Origin: Schmidtea nova
Lineage: Eukaryota
DNA length: 64,000 nt
Direction of reading: 5' to 3'
NCBI GenBank assembly: GCA_044892505.1
Contig: CM097884.1
Span: 29,636,001-29,700,000 of the forward strand
In this document: positions 33,201 to 48,200 of the stretch, one piece after another
Layout of the letters: each line of letters begins with the position of its first letter
Position numbering within the stretch: position 1 is the stretch's first letter
Notes under the pieces: model-generated
Databases searched by the model: none
Seen by the model: the letters and a program-made list of their open reading frames with translations, nothing else
Told to the model about the DNA's origin: nothing
Translations under genes and position numbers: made by a program

Positions 33201-36200
33201 CTGCCTAAAATCTATTATGATGTCTTTAAAGATAAATACTGTTTTGAAACCTTTATCATAATCTTTTATTTTATAATCATATTTTAACATAGTTTATTTG
33301 TTAACCTCTTCATTGCATTATTATTTCTTAGATTTATTAATTTACAAAATATTTCGAGTCATTTTTAGAACTGTTTTCTTGTGTTTAGATTAAATCTGAA
33401 AACATTGCAACTGAAACTGGAATAACAGAATTGATACATACGAGCTTGGAAAAAGATACAAAAGCTTCAAATAAGTTAACTGACTATAGAGCAAAGGCCA
33501 TTGACATGAGCAGTGAATCATTCAAAGATAGTGAAATTGTAGAAGTTTCTTTCGAAAAACTCAAAGACACAGCTGACTTCGGTAGTAGTGTAGAAAGTAA
33601 AATGATTGAAGTAGGAACAGAAACTTTCGGAGAAAAGCATAATGTATTCATCGATACGCTTACAAGTCATGAAGCTGAAATTAAATTCGAAGAAACATTG
33701 ACTGAGTTCATGTGTGAGTCGGTAAATAGTGAAAGCAGTTTTGAATGCAAATCAATTGAAGAAACCTGGAGTCAAGTTGGTGCAAAGGCAGTTGAAGTTG
33801 GTTCAGAATTCAGAAGCGTGATTGTAGAATGTTCAAGTGAATATACAATTAGTATGAGAGAAAGTCAGGTAGACCAAGCAATAGCAACTGAAGAAGTCGG
33901 TGTAATGACAGTAGAATTAGTAGTGATAGATGAGTCATCGGTGTTTGAATTGAGGTGCTGCACAGTTGAATGTGAAACTGTAGAAATCGCAGAAGAAATA
34001 ATTCCTTTAGAGGCAAAGGAAGAGGAATCAGAAAGATTGTTAATTGAGAATGAAAGTTTAAGCTGGGAGATTCCAATGCTAGATATTGCTACTACAACAG
34101 TTAAGCCGACATTAGAAGATATTAGCACAGAAAATGTAATTGAGCATGTTGAATATAGTGGTGAATGGTGCCGAGAAATTAAGCATGAAAGTGAAATGTT
34201 TGAAACAGAGAAATCAGGTTACTCAACAACGATCGTATCATCAGATGAAGACATTAAATATTGCTCAGTTGAAATACAATTCGAAGAAACAAAGTCTCGC
34301 AACATAGAATCTGGCTACGAAATCAAGTCAACAATGAAAGAATGTTACAGCGAAACAGAGGTAAATAAAATGAATTCATTTTTACAAATAATGTCACTTA
34401 ATCACTGCCTAAAATCTATTATGATGTCTTTAAAGATAAATACTGTTTTGAAACCTTTATCATAATCTTTTATTTTAAATTCATATTTTAACATAGTTTA
34501 TTTGTTAACCTCTTCATTGCATTATTATTTCTTAGATTTATTAATTTACAAAATATTTCGAGTCATTTTTAGAACTGTTTTCTTGTGTTTAGATTAAATC
34601 TGAAAACATTGCAACTGAAACTGGAATAACAGAATTGATACATACGAGCTTGGAAAAAGATACAAAAGCTTCAAATAAGTTAACTGACTATAGAGCAAAG
34701 GCCATTGACATGAGCAGTGAATCATTCAAAGATAGTGAAATTGTAGAAGTTTCTTTCGAAAAACTCAAAGACACAGCTGACTTCGGTAGTAGTGTAGAAA
34801 GTAAAATGATTGAAGTAGGAACAGAAACTTTCGGAGAAAAGCATAATGTATTCATCGATACGCTTACAAGTCATGAAGCTGAAATTAAATTCGAAGAAAC
34901 ATTGACTGAGTTCATGTGTGAGTCGGTAAATAGTGAAAGCAGTTTTGAATGCAAATCAATTGAAGAAACCTGGAGTCAAGTTGGTGCAAAGGCAGTTGAA
35001 GTTGGTTCAGAATTCAGAAGCGTGATTGTAGAATGTTCAAGTGAATATACAATTAGTATGAGAGAAAGTCAGGTAGACCAAGCAATAGCAACTGAAGAAG
35101 TCGGTGTAATGACAGTAGAATTAGTAGTGATAGATGAGTCATCGGTGTTTGAATTGAGGTGCTGCACAGTTGAATGTGAAACTGTAGAAATCGTAGAAGA
35201 AATAATTCCTTTAGAGGCAAAGGAAGAGGAATCAGAAAGATTGTTAATTGAGAATGAAAGTTTAAGCTGGGAGATTCCAATGCTAGATATTGCTACTACA
35301 ACAGTTAAGCCGACATTAGAAGATATTAGCACAGAAAATGTAATTGAGCATGTTGAATATAGTGGTGAATGGTGCCGAGAAATTAAGCATGAAAGTGAAA
35401 TGTTTGAAACAGAGAAATCAGGTTACTCAACAACGATCGTATCATCAGATGAAGACAATAAATATTGCTCAGTTGAAATACAATTCGAAGAAACAAAGTC
35501 TCGCAACATAGAATCTGGCTACGAAATCAAGTCAACAATGAAAGAATGTTACAGCGAAACAGAGGTAAATAAAATGAATTCATTTTTACAAAAAATGTCA
35601 CTTAATCACTGCCTAAAATCTATTATGATGTCTTTAAAGATAAATACTGTTTTGAAACCTTTATCATAATCTTTTATTTTATAATCATATTTTAACATAG
35701 TTTATTTGTTAACCTCTTCATTGCATTATTATTTCTTAGATTTATTAATTTACAAAATATTTCGAGTCATTTTTAGAACTGTTTTCTTGTGTTTAGATTA
35801 AATCTGAAAACATTGCAACTGAAACTGGAATAACAGAATTGATACATACGAGCTTGGAAAAAGATACAAAAGCTTCAAATAAGTTAACTGACTATAGAGC
35901 AAAGGCCATTGACATGAGCAGTGAATCATTCAAAGATAGTGAAATTGTAGAAGTTTCTTTCGAAAAACTCAAAGACACAGCTGACTTCGGTAGTAGTGTA
36001 GAAAGTAAAATGATTGAAGTAGGAACAGAAACTTTCGGAGAAAAGCATAATGTATTCATCGATACGCTTACAAGTCATGAAGCTGAAATTAAATTCGAAG
36101 AAACATTGACTGAGTTCATGTGTGAGTCGGTAAATAGTGAAAGCAGTTTTGAATGCAAATCAATTGAAGAAACCTGGAGTCAAGTTGGTGCAAAGGCAGT

Positions 36201-39200
36201 TGAAGTTGGTTCAGAATTCAGAAGCGTGATTGTAGAATGTTCAAGTGAATATACAATTAGTATGAGAGAAAGTCAGGTAGACCAAGCAATAGCAACTGAA
36301 GAAGTCGGTGTAATGACAGTAGAATTAGTAGTGATAGATGAGTCATCGGTGTTTGAATTGAGGTGCTGCACAGTTGAATGTGAAACTGTAGAAATCGTAG
36401 AAGAAATAATTCCTTTAGAGGCAAAGGAAGAGGAATCAGAAAGATTGTTAATTGAGAATGAAAGTGTAAGCTGGGAGATTCCAATGCTAGATATTGCTAC
36501 TACAACAGTTAAGCCGACATTAGAAGATATTAGCACAGAAAATGTAATTGAGCATGTTGAATATAGTGGTGAATGGTGCCGAGAAATTAAGCATGAAAGT
36601 GAAATGTTTGAAACAGAGAAATCAGGTTACTCAACAACGATCGTATCATCAGATGAAGACATTAAATATTGCTCAGTTGAAATACAATTCGAAGAAACAA
36701 AGTCTCGCAACTTAGAATCTGGCTACGAAATCAAGTCAACAATGAAAGAATGTTACAGCGAAACAGAGGTAAATAAAATGAATTCATTTTTACAAATAAT
36801 GTCACTTAATCACTGCCTAAAATCTATTATGATGTCTTTAAAGATAAATACTGTTTTGAAACCTTTATCATAATCTTTTATTTTAAATTCATATTTTAAC
36901 ATAGTTTATTTGTTAACCTCTTCATTGCATTATTATTTCTTAGATTTATTAATTTACAAAATATTTCGAGTCATTTTTAGAACTGTTTTCTTGTGTTTAG
37001 ATTAAATCTGAAAACATTGCAACTGAAACTGGAATAACAGAATTGATACATACGAGCTTGGAAAAAGATACAAAAGCTTCAAATAAGTTAACTGACTATA
37101 GAGCAGAGGCCATTGACATGAGCAGTGAATCATTCAAAGATAGTGAAATTGTAGAAGTTTCTTTCGAAAAACTCAAAGACACAGCTGACTTCGGTAGTAG
37201 TGTAGAAAGTAAAATGATTGAAGTAGGAACAGAAACTTTCGGAGAAAAGCATAATGTATTCATCGATACGCTTACAAGTCATGAAGCTGAAATTAAATTC
37301 GAAGAAACATTGACTGAGTTCATGTGTGAGTCGGTAAATAGTGAAAGCAGTTTTGAATGCAAATCAATTGAAGAAACCTGGAGTCAAGTTGGTGCAAAGG
37401 CAGTTGAAGTTGGTTCAGAATTCAGAAGCGTGATTGTAGAATGTTCAAGTGAATATACAATTAGTATGAGAGAAAGTCAGGTAGACCAAGCAATATCAAC
37501 TGAAGAAGTCGGTGTAATGACAGTAGAATTAGTAGTGATAGATGAGTCATCGGTGTTTGAATTGAGGTGCTGCACAGTTGAATGTGAAACTGTAGAAATC
37601 GTAGAAGAAATAATTCCTTTAGAGGCAAAGGAAGAGGAATCAGAAAGATTGTTAATTGAGAATGAAAGTGTAAGCTGGGAGATTCCAATGCTAGATATTG
37701 CTACTACAACAGTTAAGCCGACATTAGAAGATATTAGCACAGAAAATGTAATTGAGCATGTTGAATATAGTGGTGAATGGTGCCGAGAAATTAAGCATGA
37801 AAGTGAAATGTTTGAAACAGAGAAATCAGGTTACTCAACAACGATCGTATCATCAGATGAAGACATTAAATATTGCTCAGTTGAAATACAATTCGAAGAA
37901 ACAAAGTCTCGCAACATAGAATCTGGCTACGAAATCAAGTCAACAATGAAAGAATGTTACAGCGAAACAGAGGTAAATAAAATGAATTCATTTTTACAAA
38001 TAATGTCACTTAATCACTGCCTAAAATCTATTATGATGTCTTTAAAGATAAATACTGTTTTGAAACCTTTATCATAATATTTAATTTTAAATTCATATTT
38101 TAACATAGTTTATTTGTTAACCTCTTCATTGCATTATTATTTCTTAGATTTATTAATTTACAAAATATTTCGAGTCATTTTTAGAACTGTTTTCTTGTGT
38201 TTAGATTAAATCTGAAAACATTGCAACTGAAACTGGAATAACAGAATTGATACATACGAGCTTGGAAAAAGATACAAAAGCTTCAAATAAGTTAACTGAC
38301 TATAGAGCAGAGGCCATTGACATGAGCAGTGAATCATTCAAAGATAGTGAAATTGTAGAAGTTTCTTTCGAAAAACTCAAAGACACAGCTGACTTCGGTA
38401 GTAGTGTAGAAAGTAAAATGATTGAAGTAGGAACAGAAACTTTCGGAGAAAAGCATAATGTATTCATCGATACGCTTACAAGTCATGAAGCTGAAATTAA
38501 ATTCGAAGAAACATTGACTGAGTTCATGTGTGAGTCGGTAAATAGTGAAAGCAGTTTTGAATGCAAATCAATTGAAGAAACCTGGAGTCAAGTTGGTGCA
38601 AAGGCAGTTGAAGTTGGTTCAGAATTCAGAAGCGTGATTGTAGAATGTTCAAGTGAATATACAATTAGTATGAGAGAAAGTCAGGTAGACCAAGCAATAT
38701 CAACTGAAGAAGTCGGTGTAATGACAGTAGAATTAGTAGTGATAGATGAGTCATCGGTGTTTGAATTGAGGTGCTGCACAGTTGAATGTGAAACTGTAGA
38801 AATCGTAGAAGAAATAATTCCTTTAGAGGCAAAGGAAGAGGAATCAGAAAGATTGTTAATTGAGAATGAAAGTGTAAGCTGGGAGATTCCAATGCTAGAT
38901 ATTGCTACTACAACAGTTAAGCCGACATTAGAAGATATTAGCACAGAAAATGTAATTGAGCATGTTGAATATAGTGGTGAATGGTGCCGAGAAATTAAGC
39001 ATGAAAGTGAAATGTTTGAAACAGAGAAATCAGGTTACTCAACAACGATCGTATCATCAGATGAAGACATTAAATATTGCTCAGTTGAAATACAATTCGA
39101 AGAAACAAAGTCTCGCAACATAGAATCTGGCTACGAAATCAAGTCAACAATGAAAGAATGTTACAGCGAAACAGAGGTAAATAAAATGAATTCATTTTTA

Positions 39201-42200
39201 CAAATAATGTCACTTAATCACTGCCTAAAATCTATTATGATGTCTTTAAAGATAAATACTGTTTTGAAACCTTTATCATAATATTTAATTTTAAATTCAT
39301 ATTTTAACATAGTTTATTTGTTAACCTCTTCATTGCATTATTATTTCTTAGATTTATTAATTTACAAAATATTTCGAGTCATTTTTAGAACTGTTTTCTT
39401 GTGTTTAGATTAAATCTGAAAACATTGCAACTGAAACTGGAATAACAGAATTGATACATACGAGCTTGGAAAAAGATACAAAAGCTTCAAATAAGTTAAC
39501 TGACTATAGAGCAGAGGCCATTGACATGAGCAGTGAATCATTCAAAGATAGTGAAATTGTAGAAGTTTCTTTCGAAAAACTCAAAGACACAGCTGACTTC
39601 GGTAGTAGTGTAGAAAGTAAAATGATTGAAGTAGGAACAGAAACTTTCGGAGAAAAGCATAATGTATTCATCGATACGCTTACAAGTCATGAAGCTGAAA
39701 TTAAATTCGAAGAAACATTGACTGAGTTCATGTGTGAGTCGGTAAATAGTGAAAGCAGTTTTGAATGCAAATCAATTGAAGAAACCTGGAGTCAAGTTGG
39801 TGCAAAGGCAGTTGAAGTTGGTTCAGAATTCAGAAGCGTGATTGTAGAATGTTCAAGTGAATATACAATTAGTATGAGAGAAAGTCAGGTAGACCAAGCA
39901 ATATCAACTGAAGAAGTCGGTGTAATGACAGTAGAATTAGTAGTGATAGATGAGTCATCGGTGTTTGAATTGAGGTGCTGCACAGTTGAATGTGAAACTT
40001 TAGAAATCGTAGAAGAAATAATTCCTTTAGAGGCAAAGGAAGAGGAATCAGAAAGATTGTTAATTGAGAATGAAAGTGTAAGCTGGGAGATTCCAATGCT
40101 AGATATTGCTACTACAACAGTTAAGCCGACATTAGAAGATATTAGCACAGAAAATGTAATTGAGCATGTTGAATATAGTGGTGAATGGTGCCGAGAAATT
40201 AAGCATGAAAGTGAAATGTTTGAAACAGAGAAATCAGGTTACTCAACAACGATCGTATCATCAGATGAAGACATTAAATATTGCTCAGTTGAAATACAAT
40301 TCGAAGAAACAAAGTCTCGCAACATAGAATCTGGCTACGAAATCAAGTCAACAATGAAAGAATGTTACAGCGAAACAGAGGTAAATAAAATGAATTCAGT
40401 TTTACAAAAAATGTCACTTAATCACTGCCTAAAATCTATTATGATGTCTTTAAAGATAAATACTGTTTTGAAACCTTTATCATAATCTTTTATTTTAAAT
40501 TCATATTTTAACATAGTTTATTTGTTAACCTCTTCATTGCATTATTATTTCTTAGATTTATTAATTTACAAAATATTTCGAGTCATTTTTAGAACTGTTT
40601 TCTTGTGTTTAGATTAAATCTGAAAACATTGCAACTGAAACTGGAATAACAGAATTGATACATACGAGCTTGGAAAAAGATACAAAAGCTTCAAATAAGT
40701 TAACTGGCTATAGAGCAGAGGCCATTGACATGAGCAGTGAATCATTCAAAGATAGTGAAATTGTAGAAGTTTCTTTCGAAAAACTCAAAGACACAGCTGA
40801 CTTCGGTAGTAGTGTAGAAAGTAAAATGATTGAAGTAGGAACAGAAACTTTCGGAGAAAAGCATAATGTATTCATCGATACGCTTACAAGTCATGAAGCT
40901 GAAATTAAATTCGAAGAAACATTGACTGAGTTCATGTGTGAGTCGGTAAATAGTGAAAGCAGTTTTGAATGCAAATCAATTGAAGAAACCTGGAGTCAAG
41001 TTGGTGCAAAGGCAGTTGAAGTTGGTTCAGAATTCAGAAGCGTGATTGTAGAATGTTCAAGTGAATATACAATTAGTATGAGAGAAAGTCAGGTAGACCA
41101 AGCAATAGCAACTGAAGAAGTCGGTGTAATGACAGTAGAATTAGTAGTGATAGATGAGTCATCGGTGTTTGAATTGAGGTGCTGCACAGTTGAATGTGAA
41201 ACTGTAGAAATCGTAGAAGAAATAATTCCTTTAGAGGCAAAGGAAGAGGAATCAGAAAGATTGTTAATTGAGAATGAAAGTGTAAGCTGGGAGATTCCAA
41301 TGCTAGATATTGCTACTACAACAGTTAAGCCGACATTAGAAGATATTAGCACAGAAAATGTAATTGAGCATGTTGAATATAGTGGTGAATGGTGCCGAGA
41401 AATTAAGCATGAAAGTGAAATGTTTGAAACAGAGAAATCAGGTTACTCAACAACGATCGTATCATCAGATGAAGACATTAAATATTGCTCAGTTGAAATA
41501 CAATTCGAAGAAACAAAGTCTCGCAACATAGAATCTGGCTACGAAATCAAGTCAACAATGAAAGAATGTTACAGCGAAACAGAGGTAAATAAAATGAATT
41601 CATTTTTACAAATAATGTCACTTAATCACTGCCTAAAATCTATTATGATGTCTTTAAAGATAAATACTGTTTTGAAACCTTTATCATAATCTTTTATTTT
41701 AAATTCATATTTTAACATAGTTTATTTGTTAACCTCTTCATTGCATTATTATTTCTTAGATTTATTAATTTACAAAATATTTCGAGTCATTTTTAGAACT
41801 GTTTTCTTGTGTTTAGATTAAATCTGAAAACATTGCAACTGAAACTGGAATAACAGAATTGATACATACGAGCTTGGAAAAAGATACAAAAGCTTCAAAT
41901 AAGTTAACTGACTATAGAGCAGAGGCCATTGACATGAGCAGTGAATCATTCAAAGATAGTGAAATTGTAGAAGTTTCTTTCGAAAAACTCAAAGACACAG
42001 CTGACTTCGGTAGTAGTGTAGAAAGTAAAATGATTGAAGTAGGAACAGAAACTTTCGGAGAAAAGCATAATGTATTCATCGATACGCTTACAAGTCATGA
42101 AGCTGAAATTAAATTCGAAGAAACATTGACTGAGTTCATGTGTGAGTCGGTAAATAGTGAAAGCAGTTTTGAATGCAAATCAATTGAAGAAACCTGGAGT

Positions 42201-45200
42201 CAAGTTGGTGCAAAGGCAGTTGAAGTTGGTTCAGAATTCAGAAGCGTGATTGTAGAATGTTCAAGTGAATATACAATTAGTATGAGAGAAAGTCAGGTAG
42301 ACCAAGCAATATCAACTGAAGAAGTCGGTGTAATGACAGTAGAATTAGTAGTGATAGATGAGTCATCGGTGTTTGAATTGAGGTGCTGCACAGTTGAATG
42401 TGAAACTGTAGAAATCGTAGAAGAAATAATTCCTTTAGAGGCAAAGGAAGAGGAATCAGAAAGATTGTTAATTGAGAATGAAAGTGTAAGCTGGGAGATT
42501 CCAATGCTAGATATTGCTACTACAACAGTTAAGCCGACATTAGAAGATATTAGCACAGAAAATGTAATTGAGCATGTTGAATATAGTGGTGAATGGTGCC
42601 GAGAAATTAAGCATGAAAGTGAAATGTTTGAAACAGAGAAATCAGGTTACTCAACAACGATCGTATCATCAGATGAAGACATTAAATATTGCTCAGTTGA
42701 AATACAATTCGAAGAAACAAAGTCTCGCAACATAGAATCTGGCTACGAAATCAAGTCAACAATGAAAGAATGTTACAGCGAAACAGAGGTAAATAAAATG
42801 AATTCAGTTTTACAAAAAATGTCACTTAATCACTGCCTAAAATCTATTATGATGTCTTTAAAGATAAATACTGTTTTGAAACCTTTATCATAATCTTTTA
42901 TTTTAAATTCATATTTTAACATAGTTTATTTGTTAACCTCTTCATTGCATTATTATTTCTTAGATTTATTAATTTACAAAATATTTCGAGTCATTTTTAG
43001 AACTGTTTTCTTGTGTTTAGATTAAATCTCAAAACATTGCAACTGAAACTGGAATAACAGAATTGATACATACGAGCTTGGAAAAAGATACAAAAGCTTC
43101 AAATAAGTTAACTGACTATAGAGCAGAGGCCATTGACATGAGCAGTGAATCATTCAAAGATAGTGAAATTGTAGAAATTTCTTTCGAAAAACTCAAAGAC
43201 ACAGCTGACTTCGGTAGTAGTGTAGAAAGTAAAATGATTGAAGTAGGAACAGAAACTTTCGGAGAAAAGCATAATGTATTCATCGATACGCTTACAAGTC
43301 ATGAAGCTGAAATTAAATTCGAAGAAACATTGACTGAGTTCATGTGTGAGTCGGTAAATAGTGAAAGCAGTTTTGAATGCAAATCAATTGAAGAAACCTG
43401 GAGTCAAGTTGGTGCAAAGGCAGTTGAAGTTGGTTCAGAATTCAGAAGCGTGATTGTAGAATGTTCAAGTGAATATACAATTAGTATGATAGAAAGTCAG
43501 GTAGACCAAGCAATATCAACTGAAGAAGTCGGTGTAATGACAGTAGAATTAGTAGTGATAGATGAGTCATCGGTGTTTGAATTGAGGTGCTGCACAGTTG
43601 AATGTGAAACTGTAGAAATCGTAGAAGAAATAATTCCTTTAGAGGCAAAGGAAGAGGAATCAGAAAGATTGTTAATTGAGAATGAAAGTGTAAGCTGGGA
43701 GATTCCAATGCTAGATATTGCTACTACAACAGTTAAGCCGACATTAGAAGATATTAGCACAGAAAATGTAATTGAGCATGTTGAATATAGTGGTGAATGG
43801 TGCCGAGAAATTAAGCATGAAAGTGAAATGTTTGAAACAGAGAAATCAGGTTACTCAACAACGATCGTATCATCAGATGAAGACATTAAATATTGCTCAG
43901 TTGAAATACAATTCGAAGAAACAAAGTCTCGCAACATAGAATCTGGCTACGAAATCAAGTCAACAATGAAAGAATGTTACAGCGAAACAGAGGTAAATAA
44001 AATGAATTCAGTTTTACAAAAAATGTCACTTAATCACTGCCTAAAATCTATTATGATGTCTTTAAAGATAAATACTGTTTTGAAACCTTTATCATAATCT
44101 TTTATTTTAAATTCATATTTTAACATAGTTTATTTGTTAACCTCTTCATTGCATTATTATTTCTTAGATTTATTAATTTACAAAATATTTCGAGTCATTT
44201 TTAGAACTGTTTTCTTGTGTTTAGATTAAATCTGAAAACATTGCAACTGAAACTGGAATAACAGAATTGATACATACGAGCTTGGAAAAAGATACAAAAG
44301 CTTCAAATAAGTTAACTGACTATAGAGCAGAGGCCATTGACATGAGCAGTGAATCATTCAAAGATAGTGAAATTGTAGAAATTTCTTTCGAAAAACTCAA
44401 AGACACAGCTGACTTCGGTAGTAGTGTAGAAAGTAAAATGATTGAAGTAGGAACAGAAACTTTCGGAGAAAAGCATAATGTATTCATCGATACGCTTACA
44501 AGTCATGAAGCTGAAATTAAATTCGAAGAAACATTGACTGAGTTCATGTGTGAGTCGGTAAATAGTGAAAGCAGTTTTGAATGCAAATCAATTGAAGAAA
44601 CCTGGAGTCAAGTTGGTGCAAAGGCAGTTGAAGTTGGTTCAGAATTCAGAAGCGTGATTGTAGAATGTTCAAGTGAATATACAATTAGTATGAGAGAAAG
44701 TCAGGTAGACCAAGCAATATCAACTGAAGAAGTCGGTGTAATGACAGTAGAATTAGTAGTGATAGATGAGTCATCGGTGTTTGAATTGAGGTGCTGCACA
44801 GTTGAATGTGAAACTGTAGAAATCGTAGAAGAAATAATTCCTTTAGAGGCAAAGGAAGAGGAATCAGAAAGATTGTTAATTGAGAATGAAAGTGTAAGCT
44901 GGGAGATTCCAATGCTAGATATTGCTACTACAACAGTTAAGCCGACATTAGAAGATATTAGCACAGAAAATGTAATTGAGCATGTTGAATATAGTGGTGA
45001 ATGGTGCCGAGAAATTAAGCATGAAAGTGAAATGTTTGAAACAGAGAAATCAGGTTACTCAACAACGATCGTATCATCAGATGAAGACATTAAATATTGC
45101 TCAGTTGAAATACAATTCGAAGAAACAAAGTCTCGCAACATAGAATCTGGCTACGAAATCAAGTCAACAATGAAAGAATGTTACAGCGAAACAGAGGTAA

Positions 45201-48200
45201 ATAAAATGAATTCAGTTTTACAAAAAATGTCACTTAATCACTGCCTAAAATCTATTATGATGTCTTTAAAGATAAATACTGTTTTGAAACCTTTATCATA
45301 ATCTTTTATTTTAAATTCATATTTTAACATAGTTTATTTGTTAACCTCTTCATTGCATTATTATTTCTTAGATTTATTAATTTACAAAATATTTCGAGTC
45401 ATTTTTAGAACTGTTTTCTTGTGTTTAGATTAAATCTGAAAACATTGCAACTGAAACTGGAATAACAGAATTGATACATACGAGCTTGGAAAAAGATACA
45501 AAAGCTTCAAATAAGTTAACTGACTATAGAGCAGAGGCCATTGACATGAGCAGTGAATCATTCAAAGATAGTGAAATTGTAGAAATTTCTTTCGAAAAAC
45601 TCAAAGACACAGCTGACTTCGGTAGTAGTGTAGAAAGTAAAATGATTGAAGTAGGAACAGAAACTTTCGGAGAAAAGCATAATGTATTCATCGATACGCT
45701 TACAAGTCATGAAGCTGAAATTAAATTCGAAGAAACATTGACTGAGTTCATGTGTGAGTCGGTAAATAGTGAAAGCAGTTTTGAATGCAAATCAATTGAA
45801 GAAACCTGGAGTCAAGTTGGTGCAAAGGCAGTTGAAGTTGGTTCAGAATTCAGAAGCGTGATTGTAGAATGTTCAAGTGAATATACAATTAGTATGAGAG
45901 AAAGTCAGGTAGACCAAGCAATATCAACTGAAGAAGTCGGTGTAATGACAGTAGAATTAGTAGTGATAGATGAGTCATCGGTGTTTGAATTGAGGTGCTG
46001 CACAGTTGAATGTGAAACTGTAGAAATCGTAGAAGAAATAATTCCTTTAGAGGCAAAGGAAGAGGAATCAGAAAGATTGTTAATTGAGAATGAAAGTGTA
46101 AGCTGGGAGATTCCAATGCTAGATATTGCTACTACAACAGTTAAGCCGACATTAGAAGATATTAGCACAGAAAATGTAATTGAGCATGTTGAATATAGTG
46201 GTGAATGGTGCCGAGAAATTAAGCATGAAAGTGAAATGTTTGAAACAGAGAAATCAGGTTACTCAACAACGATCGTATCATCAGATGAAGACATTAAATA
46301 TTGCTCAGTTGAAATACAATTCGAAGAAACAAAGTCTCGCAACATAGAATCTGGCTACGAAATCAAGTCAACAATGAAAGAATGTTACAGCGAAACAGAG
46401 GTAAATAAAATGAATTCAGTTTTACAAAAAATGTCACTTAATCACTGCCTAAAATCTATTATGATGTCTTTAAAGATAAATACTGTTTTGAAACCTTTAT
46501 CATAATCTTTTATTTTAAATTCATATTTTAACATAGTTTATTTGTTAACCTCTTCATTGCATTATTATTTCTTAGATTTATTAATTTACAAAATATTTCG
46601 AGTCATTTTTAGAACTGTTTTCTTGTGTTTAGATTAAATCTGAAAACATTGCAACTGAAACTGGAATAACAGAATTGATACATACGAGCTTGGAAAAAGA
46701 TACAAAAGCTTCAAATAAGTTAACTGACTATAGAGCAGAGGCCATTGACATGAGCAGTGAATCATTCAAAGATAGTGAAATTGTAGAAATTTCTTTCGAA
46801 AAACTCAAAGACACAGCTGACTTCGGTAGTAGTGTAGAAAGTAAAATGATTGAAGTAGGAACAGAAACTTTCGGAGAAAAGCATAATGTATTCATCGATA
46901 CGCTTACAAGTCATGAAGCTGAAATTAAATTCGAAGAAACATTGACTGAGTTCATGTGTGAGTCGGTAAATAGTGAAAGCAGTTTTGAATGCAAATCAAT
47001 TGAAGAAACCTGGAGTCAAGTTGGTGCAAAGGCAGTTGAAGTTGGTTCAGAATTCAGAAGCGTGATTGTAGAATGTTCAAGTGAATATACAATTAGTATG
47101 AGAGAAAGTCAGGTAGACCAAGCAATATCAACTGAAGAAGTCGGTGTAATGACAGTAGAATTAGTAGTGATAGATGAGTCATCGGTGTTTGAATTGAGGT
47201 GCTGCACAGTTGAATGTGAAACTGTAGAAATCGTAGAAGAAATAATTCCTTTAGAGGCAAAGGAAGAGGAATCAGAAAGATTGTTAATTGAGAATGAAAG
47301 TGTAAGCTGGGAGATTCCAATGCTAGATATTGCTACTACAACAGTTAAGCCGACATTAGAAGATATTAGCACAGAAAATGTAATTGAGCATGTTGAATAT
47401 AGTGGTGAATGGTGCCGAGAAATTAAGCATGAAAGTGAAATGTTTGAAACAGAGAAATCAGGTTACTCAACAACGATCGTATCATCAGATGAAGACATTA
47501 AATATTGCTCAGTTGAAATACAATTCGAAGAAACAAAGTCTCGCAACATAGAATCTGGCTACGAAATCAAGTCAACAATGAAAGAATGTTACAGCGAAAC
47601 AGAGGTAAATAAAATGAATTCAGTTTTACAAAAAATGTCACTTAATCACTGCCTAAAATCTATTATGATGTCTTTAAAGATAAATACTGTTTTGAAACCT
47701 TTATCATAATCTTTTATTTTAAATTCATATTTTAACATAGTTTATTTGTTAACCTCTTCATTGCATTATTATTTCTTAGATTTATTAATTTACAAAATAT
47801 TTCGAGTCATTTTTAGAACTGTTTTCTTGTGTTTAGATTAAATCTGAAAACATTGCAACTGAAACTGGAATAACAGAATTGATACATACGAGCTTGGAAA
47901 AAGATACAAAAGCTTCAAATAAGTTAACTGACTATAGAGCAGAGGCCATTGACATGAGCAGTGAATCATTCAAAGATAGTGAAATTGTAGAAATTTCTTT
48001 CGAAAAACTCAAAGACACAGCTGACTTCGGTAGTAGTGTAGAAAGTAAAATGATTGAAGTAGGAACAGAAACTTTCGGAGAAAAGCATAATGTATTCATC
48101 GATACGCTTACAAGTCATGAAGCTGAAATTAAATTCGAAGAAACATTGACTGAGTTCATGTGTGAGTCGGTAAATAGTGAAAGCAGTTTTGAATGCAAAT